A stretch of DNA of 64,000 nt from Azolla caroliniana (GCA_043228905.1 JBHGNT010000015.1:5022001-5086000), one strand, 5' to 3'. Shown: positions 25,395 through 39,760, counted from the stretch's first letter. Numbers and translations: made by a program. The notes: generated by a model not told the origin, from the sequence alone.

Positions 25395-26439
25395 TGAATG
25401 TTGCTTGCACTTCCGCGTTGACGGCCTTGTCCCCAACATGCACTTCTCTGACACAGGGTCCAACTTCCTTCGCTTCTCATCCGATATATGCACATTGACT
25501 ATGCTACCGAATATCCGAAGGTGTCTTAAATTCAGCTTCCGCCCGAAATACAACTTGTGTCCTAACACCTTCTCCCCGATCCGATTTTGGATATAGACGT
25601 CTGTCTCGACCGCCTTTGCCAAGTAGAAATTGGGCATGCTTTTCTCCTCAAGCATCGCCCTTGCCATGTCGAGAATCGACCGGTTCTATCTCTCGGCCAC
25701 ACCATTTTGTTCCGGCGTTTACCTGCACCTGAATTCTCTCCAAATTCATTTTTGTTGTAGATAACAGTTGAATTGGCTGGTAAAATACTCTTTTTTACCA
25801 TCCGACCGCAACTAATTTATCTTTCTCTCTGTTTCCCATTCAACTAAACTTTGTAGATTCTGAACACAATCGAAAACTTCACTTTTCCTCTCGTTGAGAT
25901 AGATCCATGTGTGCTGGCTATAGTCGTCAATGAAGGAGACAAAGTATCCACTCTAGCAAAGACCAACGTTTTTGTGTCGGTCCCCATACATCGGAGTGGA
26001 TTAACTCGAGCTTTTTACGGCTCCGGTTTCTTTTAGTGAGTTTCACAAATTTGGGCCTTCGGCCACTAAATTTCGGCAATCTGAAAACAACTTGTTTAGA
26101 TTGCAGGTCATGAAGCCTCCTGTAGTTGATGTGGCCAATCCGCTTGTGCCATAGATCTATATCTTATTCGATATTTTGCCCTTTGGTAAACAAGGCAGTG
26201 CCTACATCATTGGTGAGGAGGATGAACATCCACGTGTCTATGCACCCTAACATGATTATCCGGCCTTCTTCCTTGATGAAGCACCCGAGCTGCATAAATA
26301 GCACCTTCATCCCTTGGCCAACGATTTTCTCGACCGCCTCCATTGCGTGCTGACCCACGTCGTTCTCCACGCACACGAGGCCGATCAACCTCCGTGTACA
26401 ACATTTGGTTGTCCGGTTGAGTGGTCCTTGACCCACTCG
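25395..26439 (-). mobile_element. Ty1/Copia element W fragment (protease, GAG-pre-integrase, integrase)
   Basis: LWHKRIGHIN, IHSDVWG, QNGVAER..., MARAMLEEKSMP; interrupted by an LTR at 26440. Confidence 0.82.
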
Positions 26440-29400
26440 TGTGACGGAAACTCTACGCTCCTTATGCACAACGCTCAGCCACAACCGAGCTTAGGATCAT
26501 ACACAGAAAACAGGAAACAAAAAAAAACACGACACAAAGGAGAGAAAAGTTACACAAGGTGTTTACGTGGAAAACCCAAACTAAGGGAAAAAACCACGGC
26601 AGCCCACAGGCTGCAAACTATCACTATATTAGGAATGTACAAACAGTGAGTTCACGGAGGCAACGACCTCGTGCTCACGTTCTTCGCCACATGCGGCGGT
26701 TACAACAGAGGCAGTGACCTCTTTCTCTCTCTCTCTCTCTGTACACTGTTACGTGCTCTCTCTTCTTCTTGCACCAACAAGAAATGACAACAACTACTCT
26801 ATCTAAAAGTATGCCCTAAGTCATATTTATACTAATATGACTTTTCGGCTATTTACAAATATAGCCTCGATGGGCTCTCAGAAACATATTTACGAATATG
26901 TCTCTTCGTTCGGTGAGCATTCCTCATCGGGTCAGCACCATCCGGCTCTCCGTAGCCGGGTACTTCTCATCCGGTTCTCACCGGGTCTGCACCATCCGGC
27001 TCTCCGTAGCCGGGTACTTCTCATCTGGTTCTCACCGGGTCTGCACCATCCGGCTCTCTGTAGCCAGGTACTCCTCATCCGGTTCTCACCGGGTCTGCGT
27101 CATCCGGCTCTCTGTAGCCGGGTACTCCTCATCCGGTTCTCACCGGGTCTGCACCATCCGCCTCTCCGTAGCTGGGTACTCCTCATCCGGTTCATACCGG
27201 GTCTGCACCATCCGGCTCTCCGTAGCCGGGTACTCCTCATCCGGTCCATACCGGGTCTGCACCATCCGGCTCTCCGTAGGCAGGTACTCCTCATCCGGTC
27301 CATACCGGGTCTGCACCATCCGGGAGTTTGTTTATCGGCACGATTATTCTCTCTTCCCATCCGGAGGGACCTGTCTCCCAACAAACTCCCCCTTCACTCT
27401 GGCATGGGGTGTCTTACCAGTCCGATCCGCTTCTGGCATGCATCCAGCTTGTCGGGTATCAGAACTTTGGTCAGCATATCTGACCCGTTCTCGGCCGTGT
27501 GGATCTTCGACAGTGCGAACTCCTAGTCATCTACTCTTTCCCGGATCCAGTGATACCTTCGCTGGATATGCTTCGTCCGGGAATGGTAGGCCGCATTCTT
27601 AGCAAGGTGGATGGCACTTTGACTGTCGCAATAGAGCCGGTATTCAACTTGCCGAATACCGAGCTCTCCGATGAAGTTCTTCATCCATAATATTTCCTTG
27701 CTGGCTTCCACAGCCGCCATGTACTCCGCCTCCGTGGTTGACAATGCAACCGTCTTCTGCAGCCTCGATTGCCACGTAACAGCTCCCCCTGCCTATGTCA
27801 TTACATACTCGGATGTAGACCGGCTGGTATCCACATCAGCCGACATGTCCGAATCGGTTAAACCGTCAAGTTGAGGTTTTCTGGAGCTGAATCGGAGACA
27901 CATATTTGAAGTGCCCTTCAAATACCGGAGTATCCATTTGACCGCGTTCCAGTGCTCCTTGCCGGGATTGCTCATGAACCGGCTCACCACTCCGACTGCG
28001 TATCCTATATCCAGTCACGTACTTCTCCTGTGACAACCATAATTGCTTCTTTGACCGATCCCGAATGATGTGCATCCCCAGCATCTGTCTTGCCGGACCC
28101 AAGTCTTTCATTCAGAAGGTCCGGTTGAGAGCCTTCTTCAGCATTCGTATTTTGACTTGGTCACGTCCGACAATCAACATGTCATCCACGTACAGAAGGA
28201 GTATCAGGAAGTCACCTCCTTCGTACTTCTTCACAAACACGCAGTGAGGCTCTTCTTCAGCCGGCATACCAGGTGCTCCTTCCCTTTCTCCACAAATCCT
28301 TCCAGTTGTTGCATGTAGATCTCCTCTTCGAGGTCGCCGTGAAGGAATATCGTCTTCACGTCCAGTTGCTCTACCTCAAGGTCCATGCTTGCCGCGGTAC
28401 TCAGCACCATCCAGATGGAGGTCATCTTTACAACCGGGGCAAATATCTCGTCAAAGTTCACGCCCTTTTTCTGCTGGAACCCCTTCACCACGATCCTAGC
28501 TTTGTATCTCGGGGGGTTGCCAGCATCTCCCGGTTTCAACTTGGACACCCACTTGTTTCGGAGTGCCCGCTTTCCTTTCGGCAACTCCACCAATTCGTAC
28601 GTATGGTTCTCATGCAAGGAATCCATCTCGTCCTGCATGGCACTTAACCATTTGCGGCTGTGGGTGTCATCCTTCGCTTCTGCAAAGCTTTTCGGCTCCC
28701 CCTCATCGGTCAGCAGAACATGCTCTGCATCCGGAAATCACTGGGGGGCCCTTCTCTCTCTGAGAGGATATCTCCGTCTTCGGGCTTCGGTAATTGGCTC
28801 CTCCACTTGCTCTTCATCCGAATCCGATTCGAGATCTTGGCTGGTTCCGGTTTCAGCTTCCACTACTTGTTCTTCAGCCTGTTCGGTATCCTCACCGTAA
28901 CCGGCTGGTCCCTCGAGTGCTAACTAGTCTCTTGACGGTTGGGTCTGCTCGTCGTAGAGTCGATCCTTACCGGTCGACTCGGAGTTCATTATCTTCTTCT
29001 CCGACTCCTAGTCAGTGAGCGTCTTGTCCTCCATGAAGATAATATATTGACTCCGAAATACCTTCTTGTGGACCAGGTCCCACACTCGGTAACCGAACTC
29101 ATCGTCATCGTAACTGAGGAATATGCATGACCGGGTCTTTGGATCTAACTTTCCTCTCCGGTCCTTAGCTACATGCACGTACGTGAGACACCTGAATACC
29201 TTCAGATGCCGGTAGGACACTTCCTTACCGGTCCAGACTCTCTGTGGCGTGTCTTCGTCCAAGGGTACTGAGGGTGATCTGTTTATCACGTATGTCGCTG
29301 TCGACAGTGCCTCAACCCAAAACTTCTTGGGTAGTCTTGCATGCGCTAGCATACTCCGGACCCTCTCCATTATGGTCCGGTTCATCCTCTCAGCCAGTCC

Positions 29401-31080
29401 GTTTAGTTTCGGCGTCTTCAGCACGGTAAATTCGAGCCGGATTCCCTTCGAGCGGCAGTACTCCTCGAACTACCCCCGATATTCTCCTCCGTTATCTGCT
29501 CGAACCGCCTTCAGCTTCCGGCCGGTTTCTCTTTCCACTCTCGCGTGGAGCTCTTTGAAGACGGGTAGCACCTGATCCTTCGTCCTCAGCGGTGTGGCCC
29601 ACAGCTTCTGGCTGTGGTCATCTATGAACGTCACGAAGTACTGTGCTCCGGCATGTGACTTCGTGTCTACTTGACACACATCCGTATGCACCAACTCCAG
29701 TGGTGCATTACGTCTCATCGGTGGCCTTGGTCGGAAGGAGGTCCGGTTTTGCTTACCGGCCAGACAATCACTGCACTTCTCCAAGTGCACATTCTTCACT
29801 GAAATGAGGTTGTCGTCTGCAAGCCTCTTCATCCCCTTCTCGCTCATGTGACACAGCCTCTTGTGTCACAGCCCACCGGCAGTGTCGGATGCCATATTCA
29901 CTTCTTCCAGACATAACCGGGCATTCATCAGGTACAGTGTGTTGACCTTCCGGGCCCGAGCCACAATCAGGCTCCCTTTGCTGAACTTCATGACACCGTT
30001 CCGGATGCTACCCGTGTAGCCTTCATCATTTAGCCGACCGGCTGATATCAAGTTCAGACGAACCTCCGGAATGTGTCGGACATCCTTCAGCAGCAACTTG
30101 CATCCGGTTGGTGTTGTCAACCACACGTCTCCTATGCTGACAATTCGGCATGTACCTTCATTCCCCATCAGGACACAACCATGATCACCGGCTGAGTAGG
30201 ATGAGAAGCATTTATGGTCCGGGATAAGGTGGAATGACGCTCCGGAGTCTACCACCCAGGTCATCTCGTCGCCGGCAAGGTTTATCTCACTCTCCTCGGT
30301 GATGAGCATCAACTCCTCTTCACTTGCCACTATTGCCGTCGTTCCCTTCCGGTCAGGTCCGCTACGGTCTTTACCGTTCCGGTCTGGTGTCTGCTTCGAA
30401 TCAGTACCGTCGGTCTCCTTATCCTTTCGGAAATGCCGATAGTTCTTTTGGAAATGTCCCGGCTTGCCGCAATAGAAGCAAGTGGGCCTCCCCCTTGACT
30501 TTGACCCTGTCCCCGACTTCTCCCGATTCTGGGGACTACGGTTTCTATGTCTTCTGCGTTCCGATTCGGTAAGGAGCGCTTTGGAGTCGGAACTCGTATC
30601 TTTATCTTTCCGACACGCCTCCGCATCTAGCAAGCTTGACTTTACTCTTGCTAGGGATAACTGTTTTCCTTCCGGCCCGGCGTTGCCCAAGGTGACAACC
30701 AATGTCTCCCAGCTATCCGGGAGGAAACCGAGCAAGAGTGGCGCTAGTACCTCATCGGCAAGAGGTACTTCCAATGAAGTTGCCTGTTGAATCAGCCCCT
30801 GGAAGGCATTCATGTGCTCCGCCATGCTGGAGCCATCTTGGTACCGGAGTCTTACTAGCTTCCGGAACACCAAAACCTGATTAACAACATTTTTGTTTTG
30901 AAACATTCTGCTGATCTTCTCCCAGAGCTCATGAGCCTTGCTCTCTTCATTGAAGTTGTTGTACAGGCTCATGTCGATGAAGCACCATATCTACGCCGTT
31001 GTCTTCATGTGCATCACCTCCCATATCGCGGTGTTGATTTTGTCCGGTCTCTTGTCCCCGAATTGAACCGGCAGCCATAG
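26440..31080 (-). mobile_element. Ty1/Copia element C1 (5' LTR lost; fused to Sola copy B)
   Basis: 3' LTR 26440..27383; PPT 27384..27399; gag-PR (CFYCGKPGHFQKN, WVVDSGAS), INT, RT, RH. Same family as the element at 33526..38268. Confidence 0.93.
26930..27325. repeat. 54-bp tandem repeat in the C1 LTR
   Basis: ccgggtctgcaccatccggctctccgtagccgggtactcctcatccggttctca, about 7 copies. Confidence 0.92.
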
Positions 31081-31082
31081 AT

Positions 31083-32295
31083 ACTATTATGAAATCTTCT
31101 ATTGACAATGAGCTCCAACCTGTTGAACACTTAGATGTTGTGGACAAGATGACCGAACCTACCACTTGCAATGGGTTGTCTACGGCTGTACAGTATGACG
31201 ATGTAACAATAGGTAAAAATGTGGCTATTAACCTTATGTTCATTGTTGTTGGTATGTTTGCAAACTTTTGAGTATGTGAGTTGATACTAATATTCTCTAG
31301 AATCCCATTATTTAGGTTTACAAGAGCAGTGCGATTCCCAACTGCAATCAAATGAATCGGGAACTATATGGAGCACAAGTGCAAAGACAAATTCTGGGAT
31401 TAACCTTTGCACGGAGGCAGACTCTGGGAGCACATCTTCCACACATGAGGACTGTGAAAAAAAGGAAGCATTCATATTTGAAGAGTAGCTGGCATGTACA
31501 AACAACAATTTGTCTAAAGAATCCCATGAGGAGTGTGGAAAGAATAATGCTAGTACTGAAGAGGAGCCTGATTGTACTGAGAATGTGCTAGTAGTGTCTA
31601 AGGAATCCCATGAGGAGTGTGGAAAGAATATCGCTAGTACTGAAGAGCAGCCTGATTGTACTGAGAATGTGCTAGTAGTTTCTATAGAAGCCCATGAAGA
31701 GTGTGGAAAGAATATAGCTAGTAATGAAGAGGAGCCTGATTGTACTGAGAATGTGCTAGTAGTGTCTATAGAAGCCCATGAGGAGTGTGGAAATAATATA
31801 GAAGCCCATAAAGAGGAGCCTGATTGTATTGAGAACGAGCATACTAGCATCACCCATGAGGACTAGGCAATAAAGACCACCCAAGAAGGGCGGCACGGTG
31901 GTCTTAAGAATGAGGTGACTATCACCAGCCAAGAGGAGTTCACGATGAGTACTACTATAGCCTACATACAGGAGCCTAATTGTACTGAGAATGAGAATAC
32001 TAGCAACAACATGAGTACTAAAACAGCCCACATACAGGAGATGAGTGATAATTTGACTATCAACAGTACCTTTGTGGATGTGTGTACAAGCATTGCAATT
32101 GTAGAAAACACAATTTCTCTCTCAAGCTTGCCACTAGTACAAGGTGCCCGTACATCCACACCTATCTCTGATGCCTCTGATGATGAAGTGCAACTTAGTA
32201 CACTGATACCTAAAGGCTTTAAGATAAAGAAGAATGTAAAATCACAAAAAACCGGCACCAATAACAAGCACATTACAAGATCTGGGAAATTGTGA
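31083..32295 (+). pseudogene. 3' part of the Sola accessory gene (copy B), with a 28-aa in-frame repeat
   Basis: Homologous to 4844..6560 (minus strand); SKESHEECGKNIASTEEEPDCTENVLVV occurs about 4 times; C-terminal SDASDDE...KKNVKSQK. Confidence 0.6.
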
Positions 32296-33525
32296 AATGG
32301 TGCCTGATTGTCTTTCGATTGTACTTGAACTATAGCTGAACTGTTAGTGATGTCTGAACTTGAACTATTTGGTATACCACTATACTGTCTAAATTGCTAA
32401 TGTGAAATGTCGTATTGACTCCAGTTCACTCATCTAGTGTTGTTAACATAATGTGAAAGTCTATATTACCAATTGTAGAGAATGAGAATGTATTCTATTG
32501 TTAATTGTCATGTAAAAATGATTGTGTTGAACTACAACTGAACTGTTACCAGCGTACTATCTAAATTGCCCCTGTGAAATGCTGTGAAGATCAGACCGAC
32601 CATCTAGTGTTGTAGTGTAATGTGAAATTCTATATTGCTAATTGTAGAGAATGAAAATGTATTCTATTGTCAATTGTCATGCAACCATGATTGTGTTGAT
32701 TACAAATAAAATTCTATATTGCTAATTGTAGAGAATGAGATTTTATTCTATTGTCAATTTGTCATGCAACCATGAATGTAGTATGGAACAATTTGACATT
32801 CACATTAGTACATAAAATAAGATGTATGTATCCGTCTAATTGAGATACTTCGGGAGACTACTATGTATTAGTGAACACTTACAATTGACATTGGTACTAA
32901 ACTAATATGTATATTGATACTTGCAAAGTATGGTCTCCTTGAGTGCACATAGTCAGAGTTGAATAGAGACTTAACACAATAGGGATTAGACTACTGGTAT
33001 TGATAGTTGAATAAGTTTGGGCCATATTGATGTTGCTAAGTATTGAAGACTTCACACCCTAAACCATAGAAACAAGCAACTCTATAATTACCATGAACAC
33101 TTACAAAACAAGCTCAATAAATACTCTAAACACTTTAGAAGAAAGACGAAATATATCGATTCATTTGTCAATCATCAAAATTAATATATCAATCCATCAA
33201 ATCGTGAACTACAAGCGGATGTTTTTCAGTTGCCAACTATAATGTATTAATAGGGTAACTTTCAAGCATTAAACAAAGAGACCTCCCCTAATATGTGCTC
33301 ATGAACCTCTTGGGGAACCTTGTAGACAGTGTTGTATACCTTAACCTTGTGCTTTGCTTGAGTCATATTAAACTTGATCGCAAGAATGGCAGCACTGTAG
33401 ATTATTGCGATGGGTGCATCTTTTAGTAATGCATATGTGTTCTTGCACTGCATCAACTTTGCATAATAGTTTCCATACACGACAGACTCACCAACGTTGA
33501 ACATGTTGCCCCAGCCATCCCTCAC

Positions 33526-33925
33526 TGTTAGGAAACAAGTCCCTCCGGATGGGAAGTGAGAAGAACAGTGTCCATGAGCAAACTCGGCCGAGGCCGAAAC
33601 CGGATGACAAGTACCCGGCTACGAAAGACCTGGTGAGAACCGGATGACGAGTACCCGGCAAGAGCCGGATGTTGAAGACCCCGTGAGAACCGGATGTGGA
33701 GTACCCGGCAACGGAAGACCCGGTGAGAACCGGATGACGTGCGCCCGGCAAGCGCCGGATGATGCAAGCCCGGTGAGGACATATTCGTAAATATGTTTTT
33801 GAGAGTCCATCGTGGCTATATTTGTAAATAGCCGAAAATTCATATTAGTATAAATATGACTTAGGGCAAACTTGAATGTGTTGTTGTCATTCTTGTTGGT
33901 GCAAGATCAGAGCGCAACAGTGTAT

Positions 33926-33957
<32 letters not shown>

Positions 33958-36900
33958 AGAGACAAAAAGTTCGCATTACTATTGTAACCGCCGCCTGTGG
34001 CGAAGACAGTGAACAAGAGGTCGTTGCCTTTTTGTTCATCTATTGTATATTGTTACATAGTGATAGTTAGTAGTTAGTGGACTGCCGTGGTTTTTCCCGT
34101 GTTTGGGTTTCCCACATAAACATCCTGTGTACCCTTTCTCTCCATTGTGTCGTGCATTCATTCCCGTTTTCTGTGTTTGATTCTAAGCTTGGTTGTGGTC
34201 GAGCGTTGTTCATTGGGAGCGCGTAGTTCCTGACAAGTGGTATCAGAGCAAAACGACACAGAAAATGGACAATTCGTTGGGAGTTATGTTCAAACTCACC
34301 GACTCCAACTATTCGGTGTGGAAGTCGAAGATGAGGGACATGCTCGTGGTTAAAGATCTTTGGTCGCTGGTTCAGTTCGGGGACAAGAGACAAGACAAGA
34401 TCGACGCCGCGATATGGGAGGTGATGCACATGAAGACAACGGCGTACATACGGTGCTTCATCGACATGAGCCTATACAACAACTTCAATGAAGAGAGCAA
34501 GGCTCATGAGCTCTGGGAGAAGATCGGCATTATGTTTCAAAACAAAAATGTTGTTAATCAGGTTTTGGTATTTCGGAAGCTAGTAAGTCTCCAGTACCAA
34601 GATGGCTCCAGCATGGTGAAGCACATGAATGCCTTCCAGGGGCTGATCCACCAGGCAACATCATTGGAAGTACCTCTCGCCGATGAGGTACTAGCGCTAC
34701 TCCTACTCGGTTCCCTCCCAGATAGCTAGGAGACGTTGGTTGTCACTTTGGGCAACGTCGGGCCGGAAGGGAAACGATTATCCCTATCAAGAGTGAAGTC
34801 GAGCTTGCTAGATGAGGAGGCGCGTCGGAAAGATAAGGATACGATCTCCGACTCCAAAGCACTCCTTACCGAATCGGAACGGGGAAGACAAAGGAACCGT
34901 AGCCCCCAGAACCCGGAAAAGTCGGGGACACGGTCAAAGTCAAGGGGGGAGGCCTGCTTGCTTCTATTGCGGCAAGTCGGGACACTTCCAGAAGAACTGT
35001 CGGCACTTCCGAAAAGACAAGGAAACCGACGGTACCAATTCGAATCGGACACCGGACCGAAACGGTAAAGACCGGAGGGGGCCAGACCGGAAGGGAACGA
35101 CGGCAATCGGGGCAAGTGAAGAAGAGTTGATGCTCATCACCAAGGAGAGTGAGACAAACCTTGCCGACGACGAGATGACCTGGGTGGTCGACTCTGGAGC
35201 GTCGTTCCACCTTACCCCGGACCGGAAATGCTTCTCATCCTACTGAGCCAGTGATCATGGTTGTGTCCTGATGGGGAATGAAGGTACATGCCGAATTGTC
35301 GGCATAGGAGACGTGTGGTTGACAACACCAACCGGATGCAAGCTGCTGCTGAAGGATGTCTAACACGTTCCGAAGGTTCGTCTGAACCTGATATCAGCTG
35401 GTCGGCTTGATGATGAAGGCTACACGGGTAGCATCCGGAACGGTGTTATGAAGTTCAGCAAAGGGAGCCTGATTGTGGCTCGAGCCCGGAAGGTCAACAC
35501 ATTGTACCTGATGAATGCCCGATTATGTCTGGAGAAAGTGAACGTGGCATCCGACACTGCCGGTGAGCTGTGGCACAAGAGGTTGTGCCACATGAGCGAG
35601 AAGGGGATGAAGAGGCTTGCAGCAGACAACCTCATTCCAATGAAGAACATGCACTTGGAGAAGTGCACTAATTTTCTAGCCGGTAAAAAAAATTGGACCT
35701 CCTTCCGATCGAGGCCACCGATGAGACGTAATGCACCACTGGAGTTGGTGCATATTGATGTATGTCAAGTGGACACAAAGTCACATGCCGGATCGCAGTA
35801 TTTCGTAACGTTCATAGATGACCACAACCGGAAGCTGTGGGCCACACCGTTGAAGACGAAGGATCAGGTGCTATCCGTCTTCAAAGAGCTCAACGCAAGA
35901 GTGGAAAGAGAAACCGGCTGGAAGCTGAAGGCGGTTCGAGCAGATAACGGAGGTGAATACCGGGGGCAGTTTGAGGAGTACTGTCGCTCGAAGGGAATCC
36001 GGCTCGAATTTACCGTGCCGAAGACGCCGGAACTAAACGGGCTGGCCGAGAGGATGAACCAGACCATAATGGAGAGGGTCTGGAGTATGTTGGCGCATGA
36101 AAAACTACCCAAGAAGTTTTGGGCTGAGGCACTGTCGATGGCGACATGTGATAAATAGATCACCCTCAGTACCCTTGGACGAAGACACGCCACAGAGAGT
36201 CTGGACAGGTAAGGAAGTGTCCTACCGGCATCTGAAGGTATTCGGGTGTCTTGCGTATGTGCATGTAACTAAGGACCGAAGAGGAAAACTAGATCCGAAG
36301 ACCCGGTCATGCATATTCCTCGATTACGGCAACGATGAGTTCGGCTACCGAGTGTGGGCCCTGGTCGACAAGAAGGTATTATGGAGTCGAGATATTATCT
36401 TCATGGAGGACAAGATGCTCGCCGACTGGGAGTCGGAGTAGAAGATAATGAACTCTGAGTCGACCGGTAAGGATCAACTCTACGATGAGCAGACCCAACC
36501 GGCAAGAGACCGGTTAGCACCCGAAGAACCAGCCGGTTACGGTGAGGGTACCGAACCGGCAAAAGAAGAAGTAGAGGAAGCTGAAACCGGAACCGGCCAA
36601 GACCCCGAATCGGATTTGGATGAAGAGCAAATGGAGGAGCTGGTTACCGAAGCCCAGAGACGGAGATATCCTCTTAGAGAGAGAAGGCCCCCCCGGAGAT
36701 TTTCGGATGCAAAGCATGTGCTACTAACCGATGAGGGGGAGCCAAAAAGCTTCGAAGAAGCGAAGGATGACACCGACAGCCGCAAATGGTTAAGTGCCAT
36801 GCAGGATGAGATGGATTCCCTGCACGAGAACCATACGTACGAATAGGTGGAGTTGCCGAAAGGAAAGCGGGCACTCCGAAACAAGTGGGTGTACAAGTTG

Positions 36901-37956
36901 AAACTGGCAACCCCCCGAGATACAAAGCTAGGATCGTGGTGAAGGGGTTCCAGCAGAAGAAGGGCGTGGACTTCGACGAGATATTTGCCCCAGTAGTAAA
37001 GATGACCTCCATCCGGACGGTGCTGAGTATAGCACCAAGCATGGACCTCGAGGTAGAGCAGCTAGACGTGAAGACGACATTCCGGTACTTGAAGGGCACT
37101 TCAAATATGTGTCTCTGATTCGGCTCCGGAAAACCTCAACTTGATGGTTTTACCGATTCAGACATGTCGGCTGATGTGGATACCAGCCCACCTACATCCG
37201 GGTATGTAATGACATATGCAGGGGGAGCTGTTTCGTGGCAGTCGAGGCTGTAGAAGACGGTTGCGTTGTCAACCACGGAGGTGGAGTACATGGCGGCTGT
37301 GGAAGTCGGCAAGGAAATATTATGGATGAAGGACTTCATCGGAGAGCTCGGTATCCGGCAAGATGAATATCGGCTCTGTTGCGATAGTCAACGTGTCATC
37401 CACCTTGCTAAGAATGCGGCCTACCATTCCCGGACGAAGCATATCCATCGAAGGTATCACTGGATCCGGGAAAGAGTAGATGACTAGGAATTCGCGCTGA
37501 TGAAGATTCACACGGTCGAGAACGGGTTAGATATGCTGACCAAAGTGCTGATACCCGACAAGCTGGATGCATGTCGGAAGCGGATCGGACTAGTAAGACA
37601 TCCCATGCCGGAGTGAAGGGGGAGTTTGTTAGGAAACAAGTCACTCCGGATGGGAAGTGAGAAGAATAGTGTCAATGAGCAAACTCGGTCGAGGCCGAAA
37701 CCGGATGACAAGTACCCGGCTACGGAAGACCCGGTGAGAACCGGATGACGTGCGCCCGGCATGCGTCGGATGATGCAGGCCCGGTGAGGAGTGCTCACCG
37801 GATCAAGGGACATATTTGTAAATATGTTTTTGAGAGTCCATCGTGGCTATATTTGTAAATAGCCAAAAAGTCATATTAGTATAAATATGACTTAGGGCAA
37901 ACTTTAGTGTGTTGTTGTCATTCTTGTTGGTGCAAGATCAGAGTGCAACAGTGTAC

Positions 37957-37990
<34 letters not shown>

Positions 37991-38268
37991 AGAGACGAAA
38001 AGTTCGTACCTCTATTGTAACCACCGCCTGTGGCGAAGACAGTGAACAAGAGGTTGTTGCCTTTGTGTTCATCTATTGTATATTGTTACATAGTGATAGT
38101 TAGTAGTCAGTGGACTACCGTGGTTTTTCCCGTGTTTGGGTTTTCCACATAAACATCTTGTGTACCCTTTCTCTCCATTGTGTCGTGCATTCATTCCCGT
38201 TTTCTGTGTTTGATTCTAAGCTTGGTTGTGGTCGAGCGTTGTTCATTGGGAGTGCGTAGTTCCTGACA
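33526..38268 (+). mobile_element. Ty1/Copia element C2, both LTRs present, internal RT deletion
   Basis: LTRs 33526..34235 and 37627..38268 (TGTTAGGA...TCCTGACA). PBS tggtatcagagc 34238..34249 (tRNA-iMet). PPT 37611..37624. TSD ctcac/cttac, with the empty site visible in copy A (~3268). Confidence 0.95.
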
Positions 38269-38939
38269 CTTACCATTTCTTTCAATAATGTCTTTCCTTG
38301 CTTGCAGACCACAATGTATTAGTCTTCTAAATCTTCATTTTGAGGAGATTTGAGCACCACAAAATAATCTCCAACTTCCAATAAAACTGCCAAGTCTTGA
38401 TGTTGGTTGTAGTATACAATGTCGTTTGAATGTGCATCCTCTTGAATATCATCTTGTCGTTCAGGCTCGAGCTTCTGCAACTTCCAGGGCTCCACGATTG
38501 AGAGGTTGATGCATTTTTTCCAAGCTTCATGTATACACATGGAACAAAAGCATGATAAAGTACAGAGTAACAACTGTGTTGTGTCCTTGCGGCTAAACCC
38601 TAATACACAATGGGTGTTTCGTGTGCCTTTCACGGTTTTACAACCATATGATTTAGCTCTATCGACCTCATCAGCGTGAACCTCAACAAACAATCTGTTC
38701 TTACCATCATTTGACATCTTCCATGTTAGCCACTCCACAACATCATGTGCATTTTGTAACTTAGCACCATTATTATCCAACTGCTCACTTGTAAGGGCAC
38801 GTTTGATCATAGCCCCCGTGCCATCATGCTCTCCTTTTCCATGTCCAGACCCGAAGTAGTTCCATTGCATATGAATGTTGAATAAGGAGAAGTATCTGCT
38901 TTTGTATCCTAGGTTTCCAACAAACATTAGTACTATGTT

Positions 38940-39760
38940 GTCAATCAAGAGTACTATACATCTATTAATATTGATTTAGTACAAATACAAAACAAAGCAT
39001 AGCACAACGTATCCATGGAGAGCACTCTACACTAATTAAATGATAAATAGTACTATGTTGTCAACCATTTGTACTTAGCATCCATTAATACTAATTTAGT
39101 ATGGATACAACACAAAGCATAGTACAATGTGTTCATGCAAAACACTCTACATGTATTAAAAGATAATTAGTACAAACTCTTCAATATTGGACAGTACTAT
39201 GTTGCTGACGACGAGTACTTTACATCCATTAATACTGATTTAGTACAGATAAAACACACAGTACAGTACAATGTGTCCATGGAGAACACAACATGGATTA
39301 AAAGATAATTAGTACAATATCTTCAATATTGGACAGTACTATGACGACGAGTACTTTACATCGATTAATACTGGTTTAGTACAGATAAAACACAGTACAA
39401 TACAATGTGTCCATGGAGAACACAACATGGATTAAAAGATAATTAGTACAATATCTTCAATATTGGACAGTACTATGACGACGAGTACTTTACATCCATT
39501 AATACTGGTTTAGTACAGATAAAACACAGAACAATACAATGTGTCCATGGAGAACACAACATGGATTAAAAGATAATTAGTACAAACTCTTCAATATAGG
39601 ACAATACTATGAGTACAAGACATGTACTTTACATCCTTCAATAAATATTGATTTAGTACATATACAACACACAACATAGTACAATGTGTCTATGGAGAAC
39701 ACTTCACATGGATTAAAAGATAATAAACACAGATCCACGTGACAGGATGGTACTATGCGA
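38940..39760. repeat. ~134-bp tandem array in transposase intron 2 of copy B
   Basis: ggattaaaagataattagtaca at 39295, 39429, 39563; homolog of the 146-bp array in copy A. Confidence 0.88.

Noticed and set aside
26837-27602. Long ORFs of 229 and 234 aa with 18-aa repeats
   Set aside because: Artefacts of the stop-free 54-bp LTR tandem repeat.
30947-31351. Novel 134-aa gene
   Set aside because: Chance ORF across a deletion junction between Sola and Copia sequence.
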